A stretch of DNA of 64,000 bases from the human T2T-CHM13v2.0 reference genome, Homo sapiens. The stretch lies in the NCBI RefSeq assembly GCF_009914755.1, contig NC_060933.1. One strand, written 5' to 3'. Of this stretch, positions 51,051 through 63,412 are shown piece after piece. Position numbers and translations under genes: made by a program. The notes beneath the pieces were generated by a model. The model saw only the letters and a list, made by a program, of their open reading frames with translations. It ran no database searches and was not told the origin of the DNA. Within the stretch, counting starts at the first letter, position 1. Each line of letters starts with the position of its first letter.

Positions 51051-51733
51051 CTGCCTACGTGACTTTTAAATTAATAAATTATTGGAAAACATCATTTAAT
51101 CAGGCATGTTATTTTTGCTTTTTGTGTCCTTGAAAATTATGAGATGATAGCCCAATTCATTCATGTTGCAAATACAAGACAGTTTATTGGTATTAATTTT
51201 AATATTTTATAATTTATGTTAGTTGCTATTTTCTAGCAGGGAAACCAGCACGCATTAGAGCTAATGACATTCTGTAACTGAGAATCAGGCAGTCCCCTTA
51301 GTGAGGGAAAGTCTGGGAAGTGTTTACAATGCCCTTTAGACAGCAGCCTGCTACCAGATAAAGAATGTGAAACAGTTTTGTTACTTTTGGCTCAGAGGAA
51401 GCTCTCTTTATAAATGTGTTTTGAAAGCTGGAAACAGAACAAAAGCAAAGAAGAAAACAGTGACAGGAACGAAAGGAAGAAAAGAATGGAGATGAGCGGA
51501 AAGAAAAGAGAAGGGGATGGGACAGACAGAGAAGAAGAAAAGGGGGAAGGCTACAGGACTGCAAGAGGTTTGCTCGCTTGCTGCTGTGTCTGTCTCAACA
51601 CAGCACCCAAGCCAGGACAGAAGAAGGCAGAGCTGAGCACCGCTACATCCTGGTGCGTTGTTGAGAGAAAGCTGTGATCAGATCTTGAGAACCTCATCAC
51701 AGCATGCTTGTCATTTTCAAAAAAGAGACATGT

Positions 51734-52037
51734 GGCCGGGCGTGGTGGCTCACGCCTGTAATCCCAGCACTTCGGGAGGCCGAGGTGGGCGGATCACGAG
51801 GTCGGGAGATCGAAACCATCCTGGCTAACACGGTGAAACCCCGTCTCCACTAAAAATACAAAAAATTAGCCGGGCATGGTGGCTGGCGCCTGTAGTCCTA
51901 GCTATATGGGAGGCTGGGGCAGGAGAATGGGGTGAACCCAGGAGGCGGAGCTTGCCCTGAGCCGCGATTGTGCCACTGCACTCAGCCTGGGCGACAGAGC
52001 GAGACTCCGTCTCAAAAAAAAAAAAAAAAAAAAAAAA
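51734..52037 (+). mobile_element. AluY
   Basis: CpG-rich; GAGATCGA.ACCATCCTGGCTAACACGG and GGAGAATGG..TGAACCC diagnostics; long polyA; TSD AGAGACATGT. Confidence 0.95.
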
Positions 52038-54069
52038 GAGAGAGAGAGAGACATGTTAGGAGGTCTTGATTAATACAAAGTTATCTCAGAACAGAGTATG
52101 AATCCAATGGCCTCCAGAGGAAAGACAGGGCTATGTGCCCTTGGTCACCAGGGCAAACATTGCCTCCATGCCAGGCGAAAAGCAAATCATGTGGGACCTC
52201 TTGCTTCAGTCACGCGGAGGATTCTCCCTGTCCAGAATGTGAGCCTGCAGTAGATGTGGACCATAGGGAATGAGCATCTACTGAAGGTCAAGCAAATTTA
52301 TACAACTGGAGCATTTTATTGGGAAATCACTGGGGCTCTTCGATCTGCATCATGGTTAAATTAGTACAAAATGTGGTGAAAAGCTGTGCCCCAAGGGCAA
52401 GAGAACAAAACCCTTATGTTCCCTTATGCTTTTGCAAGCTTAGATTCCTGGTGTCTCTAGTCTGTGGGTATTAATGAGGTCAGAATTCTCATGACAGTTA
52501 TTTTCTTTGGTTCTTGCACATACCTGCATAATACAGAAGGTCTCTCCTTTGCTAATGCCTGCCCACCGCAGAGACCGTCCACCCTGTGCTCATAGGTCAT
52601 CCTCATACTTTTCCCTTCTATATTCATTGAGCTCTGTCACTTGAGAAGCCTTTAGAGGGTGCAGCTGTCACCTGGGAGAAAGTTGATGTCAGATGTGACA
52701 TCTCCCAGGGTTTCCACATCACAATCCACCCAGCACGAGCACTGCTCAATGTTCCTGGACAAGAAGGTATCATCTCACAAAATTATTCATGCAAATAGAA
52801 TCACTTGACTATCCCACCTGCTCACCCGATTTTCCTTTATAGTTTGAATCCTGGCTGAGTCCCAAGAAGGACCCTGTTATACAACTAGCACATTCTTAGT
52901 TTCGAGCACTCTGTGTTCTGTAACTTCTTGCATTATAAACCAAACTAACATGATTTTCTGCCTCCCCTGATTTCACTGGTGCCATCATCATTCATCGAGA
53001 GGTTGATTTGCAAAGCTTTTCTCTGGACACATGGTGGAGAAGATGACACGCTGGCCAGCCACAGGGAAGCATGTCCCATGTCTGCCACTCATATAAGCTC
53101 TTCAATATATTGTCTCTGTTTATCATCACATATACATAATGAGTTATCATCTCTCCTGTTTTGTAGCTGATGAACACATTTCCAGGTCTCAGCAGTGAGT
53201 AAGGGGTTGGATAAAGCACCATGCTTTTCACTGCTATTCCTTGCTGTCTTCCTGCTCTGAGTTTATCTGAAACACAAAGGAGAGAGAGTAAGTGTCTACA
53301 CTGTGGTTCTCCAAACTGACCTCCTTCAATGTACCTAAGAAAGAAGAAAGAGTAATCATCTTATTATCAGAAAATGATTCTAACTATTGAGCTGCTGATA
53401 TGTATTATGAACACAAATCTCAGCCCCCAAACTCAGATGTGTAGGTTTTTAAAAAATCACCTGTAATTCAACTTAATATCTACTTCAGGCCTCATTCCCC
53501 TGAGCTGGTGGAGCAGGGTAATTCCATCTCTTTTGGGGTCCCCTCACTGTGGAGGTGGGTGAAATTTGTGGGGCTTGTGTAGTGACCCACTCTCAAGGTG
53601 GTGGTTGGTGCCCAGTTGATCTTTGTCATCTCTATACACAGGTAATAACTTGGTCTTGGTCTTAGTCATTGTCCTGGGATGGGGTGTAAAAACATGTGTT
53701 GTTTTATGCCCCGCATTCAGGCACACCAGTCTTTCCAAGGATGGCAAGACAGGCAGGCTTCCATGCGGCCAGGGCTTTGCTATTTCTCTGTAGGTTGCTG
53801 GAAGGCCTGCACAGCCATGGCTCCTTCACCAGAGCAGCTCCCCTGCATCCACCCAAACCACTCTCCACAAAAGCCAGAAAGCCTGGAAGCAATGAGACCA
53901 AAATGGTCCCTCTGCTCGAGTAGGAGGAAAAAAGCAAAGTGAAAACCTACCCAGCCACATAAATTAAAATTTTTCCAATTATTATAAAATGCTTTTCTTC
54001 CTCCCTCTTTCTCTTTATCTGTGCATACTCTTGGGGTTTAGCTCTCTTCTAGAAACTTTCCCTAATTGC

Positions 54070-54292
54070 TATGGTGCCAGAAATATTCTTTTCTCTGAAC
54101 TTCCATTTTTCAATTAACATCTGACACATCTTTTATTAGCTTAAAAAAAAGTTAGTGTCTTGTCTCCCTAACAGATTGTGCTCCCCTAGGTCTGGGGCTG
54201 TGTCCAACTACTTTATCCGCCCCCCCTTTTTTTTTCAATACCTAAACAGTGCTAGGTATAGGGAGTAGCCTAAAGAAAAGTGTGTTGAATGT
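54070..54292 (+). mobile_element. L2 3' end fragment
   Basis: TGTCTCCCTAACAGATTGTG...CCTAAACAGTGCTAGGTATAG...TGTTGAATG. Confidence 0.55.
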
Positions 54293-54452
54293 TTAAATTA
54301 CTAAATAGGTACATGTTCAAATGCACAAATAGGCTACACGTTGTATTATTTGATTTTTTTCAAATAATAGAAGAGTGTATAAAGTCATTTCCAATTCCTT
54401 CTTTATCACTGGAAATATTCTTTAATCTGAAATCAACTTTGTCTGATATTAA

Positions 54453-54762
<310 letters not shown>

Positions 54763-55779
54763 ATCCAGTCTTTTTTTGAGAAGGGTTAGCACAGTGTATC
54801 GTTGTTGAACATTTTAATTTTAATCAGTTTGTCTATTTATATTTAAAGAGAATTTCTTGTGTTTATTAGGTCTTGTTTTTTTGATTCAATATGACAATCT
54901 CTGACTTTTTATTGTGGTGTTTAAACCGTTTATACTTAATATGATTATTGCTGTGGTTAGGTCTAAGTATCTCCTCCTGCTATTTGCTTTCTATTTGTAA
55001 CGTTTATTCTGTGTTACCCTTTTCCTCTATTTTTGCCTTTTTAAAAGTTAATTGAAAATTTTTATGATTCCATTTTATCTTCTTTGTTGGATTTTAGCTG
55101 TAACTCCTTGTTTTGTTCTTTTACTAGTTGTTATAGGGTTTAAAATATTTAACTTAATATAGTCTACCTTCAAGTCATATTATACAGGTTCACTGACAGT
55201 ATAAGAAGCTTAAATAATATACTTCTATTTGCCCTTTTCCACCTATATAGTCTTTATGGTTTTGTTGTCATACATTCACTTTTATGTATGTTACGAACTC
55301 CATAGTACATTGGTATTACTCTTGATTAAACAATTATATTTTCAAAAGATTTAAATTCTAAAGTATATATATTTACCAATGTATTTAATAGTTATCATTT
55401 CTGGTACAGTTCATTCATATTCATCTGGTTTTCATTTCATTTTCCTTCTGCCTAGAAGACTTCTTTCAATATTTCTTATAATATGTGTGTAACTAGAGTC
55501 TGTAAAGGAGAGAGGTTGCAGGAAGGGCAGAAAAAATATTTGAAGAAATCATGACTGAAAAATCTCCAAATTTGATAAAATTATAAAGCCATAGATCAAA
55601 TATGCTTAAGGAGCCCTTTGCACACGAGATATGAATGTCACATAAAACTGTCCTGCCACTCAGTGTTGCTATTTTGTGTTTTTCTTTTAAATTCTTTTTG
55701 TCTTTTTCATTTTGAATAGTTTCTATTGTTATGTCTTCCAGTTCACTTAAAGTTCAGTTTGGATCTTTTTTTAAAATCT

Positions 55780-55932
55780 TTTTTAAGAGACAGGGTCTCA
55801 CTGTGTCCCTCAGGCTGGAGTACAGTGGAGCTATCATAGCTCATTGCAGCCTCAAACTCCTGGGCTAAAGCGATCCTCTTGTCTTGGCCTCCCAAAGTTC
55901 TGGGATTGCAAGTGTGAGCCACCACATCCCAT
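55780..55932 (-). mobile_element. FLAM (Alu monomer)
   Basis: GAGACAGGGTCTCAC...CATAGCTCATTGCAGCCTCAAACTCCTGGGCT. Confidence 0.8.
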
Positions 55933-56039
55933 CAATTTGGGTGTTTTTTAAAAAATATCTTTCATGTGTCTAGTTAAGTTTTTGAACTTCTGGAATACAG
56001 TTATAACAATGTTTTAATGTCCTTGTGTGCTAATTCTGA

Positions 56040-56421
<382 letters not shown>

Positions 56422-56509
56422 CATTACGGGGCTTTTTTTCCTTCCTTTCATGCCTGATAATATTTGATGGGATGCCAAACACTGTAAGCTCTCTGGTGAA
56501 AACATAAAG

Positions 56510-57000
56510 GTTTTCTTGAAGTGAGGTTTGAACTGAATTTTGAAGGGTATATATGGCTTAAACAGTGAAATGAGGGGAAAAACATTTAAAGAAGAGGGAC
56601 AAACGTGAAAGTAGCTGAGGCATAAAAGGCTATGTGTTTTTAAGAAAATAAAAGATTGCTGGGGTGACTAGGAGCAAGCAGTGAAATGGAGAATTGCATT
56701 CTATGTCTCTTGGGGTAAAGGGATGGGCAGACCATGTCCCACTGACTCAGGGGCTTTGTTAGGCATTTTGTTCTGTATCCTGTGAACAATAGTAATTCTT
56801 TAAGGGCTTTACTTAAGCTCAGATTTGCAGAAAAATCACTCTGGCTTCAATGTGAAGAACAGCTTGAATGAGCTTCAGAATAGAAGGGGTGTCGAGTTAG
56901 GAAGCCACTGTAGATTTCTGAGTGAGAGATGAGCATAGTTGGGGCCAGGATGGGAGCAGAGATGGAAAGAAGTGGGCTGACCTGAGATACAAGATGTGGG
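56510..57000 (-). mobile_element. L2 fragments
   Basis: GAAAAATCACTCTGGCT, TTAGGAAGCCACTG and other purine-rich L2 motifs. Confidence 0.55.
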
Positions 57001-57285
57001 GTGACTCTTGACCCCTCCCGACTGCACCCTATGAGATCAATCACCAAGTTCATGTGAACGCTTTTCTAAGGGGAATATTATTTTCACAGAGTGAATACAT
57101 TTTTTATTGATATGTTCATAAATATACTTTCTTACAGTTCTGACTATTGCATGTAGTACCTCAGAAAGGAAACCTATTTATTAACTTGTACCCAGAAATG
57201 ACTCCTAGTGAATCTCTTCTGATATTTGCCCAAGAATTCCCCTAAAACACTCAGTAATGAAAAACCTCATTCCAAAGGCCTAGTT

Positions 57286-57469
57286 CAATATTCCTCAAAC
57301 TGTAGTGTGCATGAGAATCACCTGACAAGCTTGTTCAAACAAATATTTCTGGGCCACATTCCCCAGAGTTTCTGATTCAGTAAGTCTTATTCAGTGACTT
57401 TTCACCTCTATCAAGTTCCTGGGTGATTTTGATGCTGCTGGCCCAGGGACCACTGTATGGGAATCACTG
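57286..57469. mobile_element. MER5A (hAT) MITE
   Basis: AGAATCACCTG...CCCCAGAGTTTCTGATTCAGTAAGTCT...GATGCTGCTGG.CCAGGGACCAC...GAATCACTG. Confidence 0.8.
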
Positions 57470-57474
57470 GTTAA

Positions 57475-57680
57475 TCAGAAGCACTATAGCCAAGAGTGCT
57501 TCTCTTGGAGAAGGAAACACAGAAACTCTGTTCCTTTCCAGTGCTGTGACTTGGTCAAGTGACTCACCCCTCTGTGCCTTTGTTTCCTCATCTGGGTCTT
57601 GGTGAGGCTTAGAGTGAGGACTGTTGGAAAGCATTAGGACAGATGTATAAGGAGCATATACACGCTTTTATACGTAAGAA
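57475..57680 (+). mobile_element. MIR
   Basis: GCTGTGACTTGGTCAAGTGACTCACCCCTCTGTGCCTTTGTTTCCTCATCTG. Confidence 0.65.
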
Positions 57681-59389
57681 AATAAGTTCCATGTGCCTTG
57701 CATATTCTACAGTTCTCAGTGTATGGTGAGACAGATCCTGCTTTCAGTTCATCCTTGGTGAATGCTAGTCAAAATTCTATGTGATGTCACAACAGAAATC
57801 TTCAGTTAACAGTCGTGGAAAGGACTCAAGCTCTACTCCATCTCCACCTCCTTGGGTTTGGGTAAATTCTCAGCAGGATTGTGCATTAGGTGAGTGTCTG
57901 CTTCTCCCCTGGGTCCCCATAACTTTGCTTACTCCTAAACAGGGAGTCACATCTGGGAAGAGACAGTAGATAATGGAGCCAGAGAGCTGACTCACCACGT
58001 GGGATGGCTGTGGGCAAGTTTCCCAGGTTGCACAAGCCACCGGGTTTTCTGAAACAGATGGAAAGACCGCCTCTGCAGGCCGCTGGCTGACTTCAAGATA
58101 GTCGTGCTGTATCAAGTGGTGTGAGAAGGAAAGACCCATAAGAGACTTTGTCATCCAAGTTTCAGATTCCCCTGGATTCCTTAGCGATAAGACATGCATG
58201 GCTCATTACATATTCTATTTATGAAATTTCTACGGGCAAAGACTCGAATGCCCTTTAACTGGGTGCGCACATGGGCATCGCATAGTTTTCCAGAGTAACC
58301 CAAGATACTGGGGTGGAGAGAAAAATGGAACCAGAAGACAAGCCAGCTTCTACCAAAGCCACCCAGCAGTCAGCCAGCCCAGACTCTCAAATCTGGACCT
58401 GGGGGTCAGCCCTAGGTAGACAGGCAAGCCATCTTTCAAAGGCTCCCATGTCCTCTTAATAAAGTGAGAGCCAGACATTAGCAATCATTCTCACAATTTT
58501 TAAAAACCATATTATCAGCTGTTATTTTAAATATCCCTAACCTAGTATAGTTAATAACAGAAACAGAAAACATTTAAGATTTTTAAGATATAAGAATTGA
58601 AGATCTTGAGTCAAGCTTTAAAATGAAAGTAACTTTGAAATGAGGTCAAAGTTAGAACATTCAGCAAGGAATCTTAATTAGAAAAGTATGACTGGGCAAT
58701 ACTAGAACAATTCTGAGCAAATGATTTTGCCACCAGGAATGGTAAATTCAAAGAAGGCAAATTAGCAGTAAGTTGCAGAGATGGCCACTTGAATGAAACA
58801 CAAACAGGGTTAATTTTTTTCACTCGGTCAATTGCATTTCTCATACAAAGCTGAAAAATGCTCTCTTGTAATTTTCATTTTATAATAGCAATTCTTTTGT
58901 TTTGCATTGCCTGGCCATTGCAATCTGGACAAAGCAACTTTTCCATCCTATTTTAGTTCTCAAAGTATATTGATTTTTAATTTCCTGGAGCCAGTTTTCT
59001 ACACAACAATATTTTATTCACTATGAGAAGTAGTGCCAGTTTTAAACATTTATAGACTTGTTTCTCCAGGGAAAAACATAAGCTAGAAAGAAAAACTAAA
59101 ATTTCATTTGATGAGATTCAAATGGCAATTGGGGGTTTGAATGTAGAAGTGTTGTTTTCTTATCCAGAACAGTCACTGGAACTGCATTAAGGGAATGCTA
59201 TCTGGTCAATTTTTGTTTACTTTCTGGAGATACGATATTTTCTGAGGATTCAAAACAAGTGGGAAATTGCCAAAGTCTTGCAAGCCTGATTTAAGAGACA
59301 GAAAAGAAGAGACAACATATAAAGTTTTCTCTTCGTGCATATGAACACACATATATCTTTAAGTTAATACATTAATGGATCATATTATA

Positions 59390-59830
59390 ACATTTCTTTT
59401 CAAAAATTTTCTTTTTGTTCTTTGCTCTTCTTCTTCTCTTTCCTTTCCCAAACTTTCTCTCTGCCTTCTGCACAGGTAACTCATGATAACAGTATGTGGC
59501 CTATAATTTTCAGCTCACTCGCGCTTACCTGCATGTATGTGCACAGATGTTAGAGAGTGCTTTTCTTCATTTTTGTTAGAAATGGGATAATAAAACAGAC
59601 TTTTTTTTTCTGCATTTGGTTTCATTTACTCTGTAATTGCTCATGGAAATCTCCCAGAGTCATCAATGTGGCTCTAATTCATTCTTTTCAGTGGCTGTGT
59701 AATAGGTTGTGGTGTGTATGAGCCAGAATTTCTTTCATCATTCCTCTGTCATTAGGCGTTTATTTGAGTTCCAGCTTTTTGCCACTGGGAACAATACTGC
59801 AGTAAATGCTTATGTCCTTGTGTTTTCATT
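59390..59830 (-). mobile_element. L1ME-type 3' fragment
   Basis: AAATGGGATAATA...TCATTCTTTT.AGTGGCTG...TTCCAGCTTTTTGC...AACAATACTGCAGTAAA. Confidence 0.55.
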
Positions 59831-60019
59831 GCAGTGGGGTAGATGGAGGTGGCTCTAGACATTTTAGTTCTGAGTTTAACCTCTTTTTGCTCATCTTTAC
59901 TTGCTGTAGGGGCTGCAAAGATAAATAAAACTTAATCTTTATCAAGCCCTCATAGCTGAGAATGGCCATGGAGCTCAGTTTAAGGCAGGGAAGTGGCTTT
60001 GGCTGAGCCTCTTCTGATA

Positions 60020-60251
60020 CAGGCTGAGCATGCCTAGTGAGAAAATCCGAAATCCAAAATGCTCCAAAATTCAAAACGCTTTGAGTGCTGATGTGATGCT
60101 CAAAGAGATGCTCATTGGAGCATTTCAGATTTTTGTGTTAGGGATGCTGAACCAGTAAGTGTAATACATATATTTCAAAACTTGAAAACAATCAAAATTC
60201 AGAGCACTTCTGGTCCCAAACATTTTGGGCGAGGGATACACACTCAACCTG
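60020..60251. mobile_element. Tigger4a/MER46-like TcMar MITE
   Basis: TIRs CAGGCTGAGCA...ACTCAACCTG; TA target duplication on both sides; GAAAATCCGAAATCCAAAATGCTCCAAAAT. Confidence 0.85.
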
Positions 60252-60302
60252 TACCTCCGTCTTCCTGCTTGGAATGCAGCTGTTGCTAAAAGTGGCAGAG
60301 GT

Positions 60303-60326
60303 GAGAGAGAGAGAGAGAGAGAGAGA
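60303..60326. repeat. (GA)n microsatellite
   Basis: Read directly. Confidence 0.9.
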
Positions 60327-60391
60327 AATAAAGAAGGAGCCTGGTATGTATGATTTAGCCATGTTTCAACAAGTATTTCTGAGCATCTAAT

Positions 60392-60815
60392 CACAAAGAT
60401 ATGGAATCATTCTAAGTGTCCATCAATGGATGATTGGATAAAGAAAATGTGTATATATATATGTAGGAATACTACTTAGCTATAAGAAAGAAGAAAATCA
60501 TGTTTTGCAGCAACAAGGATGGAACTGGAGGCTGTTATGTTAAGTGAAACAGATCAGAAACAGAAAGTCAAATACCACATATTCTCACATAAGTGGGAGC
60601 TAAATAAAGTGTACACGTGGACACAGAGTGTGGAATAATAGGCATTGGAACTGGGAAGGGTGGGAGGGTGAGGAGAGTGAGGAATAAGAAATTACTCAAT
60701 GGGCATGATCTACACTATTCAGGGGATGGTTTCACTAAAAGCCTGGACTTTATCACTATGCAATATAGCCACATAACAAAGCTTCACTTGTACCCCTTAA
60801 ATTTATAAAAATAAG
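60392..60815 (+). mobile_element. L1MA-type 3' end
   Basis: GGATAAAGAAAATGTG...GGAACTGGAGG...ACTTGTACCCCTTAAATTTATAAAAATAA. Confidence 0.8.
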
Positions 60816-61469
60816 AAAGTGAAGGATAGAGATACCAAAGAAAGAGACATGGTCCCTGGCTTCATGAAATGTGTAAGTGCTTTGCAGGTGCAAGACGAGG
60901 TGGCATGAAGCCATGATGCACAGGGAACTAGAGCGATCTGGGGCAGGTGGCAATCACAGAAGCCCTAAAGGAGGGTAGTGTTGGTTAGGAATGGGAGGGA
61001 AGGAGCCTTCCAGAGAGAAGGAGTGCTATAGTGCTAGGACCTTGGCTTGTTTCTTGGAACAGAGGAAAGGTCAGCATGGCCAAAGCCCAGCACTGGAGGG
61101 GGCAGTCTCACTCTGTTGCCCAGGTTGGAGTGCAGATCTCAGCTTACCAAACAAGGGTTTGGCCTTGTTGGTCTTTCAAGGAACTTGAACTTTCCCGTTA
61201 GTGAGGAAGACAGGTAGCGGTTTCTGGAGGCAAGCGTGAGAGAGCCCTTGTGAACATATTGGGTGAGGGATGACACTGGGTTAGATCAACAAGGTGGAAC
61301 TGAATTTCGAAAAAAGTTGATAGTTTTGAGATGTAGCTTTCTTTAATTTTAAAGATTATTATAAAACAATGGCTGCAATGAAAACTACTTTTTTTTTTTC
61401 TGACTTGCCTGATCATCTTTTTAGAATAAACTAGAAGTGGCCCTCTGGATCAGAATTGATGCCTATTGA

Positions 61470-61755
61470 ATGGAAAACCAAACATTGCATTTTCTCACCT
61501 ATACATGGGAGCTAAGATATGAGGATGCAAAGACATCAGAATAATATAATGGACTTTGGGGATTTGGAGAGAAAGGTGGGAGAGGGGGCGAGGGATAAAA
61601 GACAACATATATGGTGCAGTGTATGCTACTTGGGTGATGTGTGCACCAAGATCTCACAAATCACCACTAAAGAACTTATTCACGTAACCAAATACCACCT
61701 GTGCCTCAATAACTTTTGGAAAAATAAAATAAAATAATAATAATTTAAAAAAAGA
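61470..61755 (+). mobile_element. L1PB-type 3' end
   Basis: ATGGAAAACCAAACAT...GGGATAAAAGAC...CACAAATCACCACTAAAGAACTTA; A-rich tail. Confidence 0.85.
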
Positions 61756-62234
61756 AAACAAAGAATGCCCATTAAGATGCTGCCACCCATGATCAGACTG
61801 CCGTCCTCAACTGCTATGTGGTGAGCACTCCCACAGAGCAGCAAGGATGGAGTTTCCAAGACCTTTGTCAGCACTGAGGGACTGTGGTCAGACTCGGACA
61901 TCCCCAATCCAATGGTGGAAAAGAGAGTTTTGGTGGTATTTGGATTTCTTTTATTGGTACTATGGTTGAATTTCTCAGTAATATTACAACATCACAAAAC
62001 ACTCATTTGCCTTTAGGAGTTTATAATTTCTTAAAATGAAATGCATAATGGAATAAAATCGAAGAAGAATGAATTTAGGACTTTTCATCTTTTAAAACCA
62101 CACCTCCCACTAGTCACCTTAGGATTTGCTCTTCTCTAGAGATGTAGTGTGCACTCGGAATAGGTTTAAGTTCACTTTCCATAGTGAAAAAGTGATGCCA
62201 TCACATAAGGCTGATGGGGAAAATGCCTTCACAC

Positions 62235-62522
62235 TTTTTTTTTTTTGAGACAGGGTCTCACTCTGTTGCCCAGGTTGGAGTGCAGATCTCAGCTTACCAC
62301 AGTCTTGGCCTGCTGGGCTCAAGGGATCCTCCCACCTCAGCCTCCTGAGTAGCTGGGATTACAGGCGTCTGCCACCATGCTTAGCTAATTTTTGTATTTT
62401 TTGGTAGAGACAGGGTTTCACCATATTGCCTAGGCTGGTCTCAAACTCTTGGGTTCAAGCAATCCATCCATCTTGGCCTCCTGAAGTGCTGGGATTATGG
62501 GCATGAGCCACCATGTCTGGCC
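62235..62522 (-). mobile_element. AluJ-like
   Basis: GAGACAGGGTCTCAC; GGGCTCAAG..ATCCTCCCACCTCAG. Confidence 0.9.
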
Positions 62523-62834
62523 CATAGTCTTACTATTATGGCTACTAATTTCCTCACAGAGTTATAGTGGGGATTAAACAAGAGGCTATAGAGAGAGACC
62601 CTAGTACAACACTCACCCTTTAAAAAAATTTCCACCAAGTGCTACTTGCTTTTTCCTGTTATTTGTTTTCCAAATATACTCATAACAATATCTACAAACC
62701 AATGAACAAGTAGCTTCAATAAACCAAAGGAAAAAATTATGGCACTAGGTTTTTAAAAACATGCATGTCATCAGTAAAAGCAAGGTGAAATAACAGACAT
62801 GTTAAATAATTTTTATATGAATAATTCAGTATGA

Positions 62835-62962
62835 ACCAGGCATGGTAGCACATGCCTATAATCTCAGCTACTCAGGAGGCTGAGGTGGGAGGGTTGTTTG
62901 AACCCAGGAGTTTGAGACCTGCCTGGCCAATATAACGAGATCCCGTTTCAAAACAACAATAA
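62835..62962 (+). mobile_element. FLAM (Alu monomer)
   Basis: Monomer with TSD AAT(A/G)ATTCAGTATGAA. Confidence 0.8.
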
Positions 62963-63314
62963 AATGATTCAGTATGAATTCGGCTTATCTTCTTGTTGGG
63001 CTACAGAAATGAGCAAAAGAGACAATTAGCTTAGAAAATACTGAATGTATGGACCATCTCATCCATCATCCAGTAGGCACTGACCAGGTTCTGGGCACTG
63101 TGTGATGCATGAACACATTTCTAGTTCTGAGGTAGGCCTGTTAGCTAACAATGCAAAAATGAACATAAACCCAAAAATACCAATACAAACGCCCAGATTA
63201 CACCAAAGCTCTGACACCTTGCCTAGTCCCATGTCTGTCCGCAGACAATTATCACTGGTGGTGACCTGAAGCATGGAGTTGTTAATATAAATCCAAAGTT
63301 TGTAAATTATTTAC

Positions 63315-63412
63315 ACATATGTATGTGTGTGTTTATATGTATGTATATGTGCCTGTGTATATATGTATATACATGTTATTGGTTGGGTGTAGATGTGTGT
63401 ATACACACACAC
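63315..63412. repeat. Degenerate (TA/TG)n tract
   Basis: Read directly. Confidence 0.75.
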
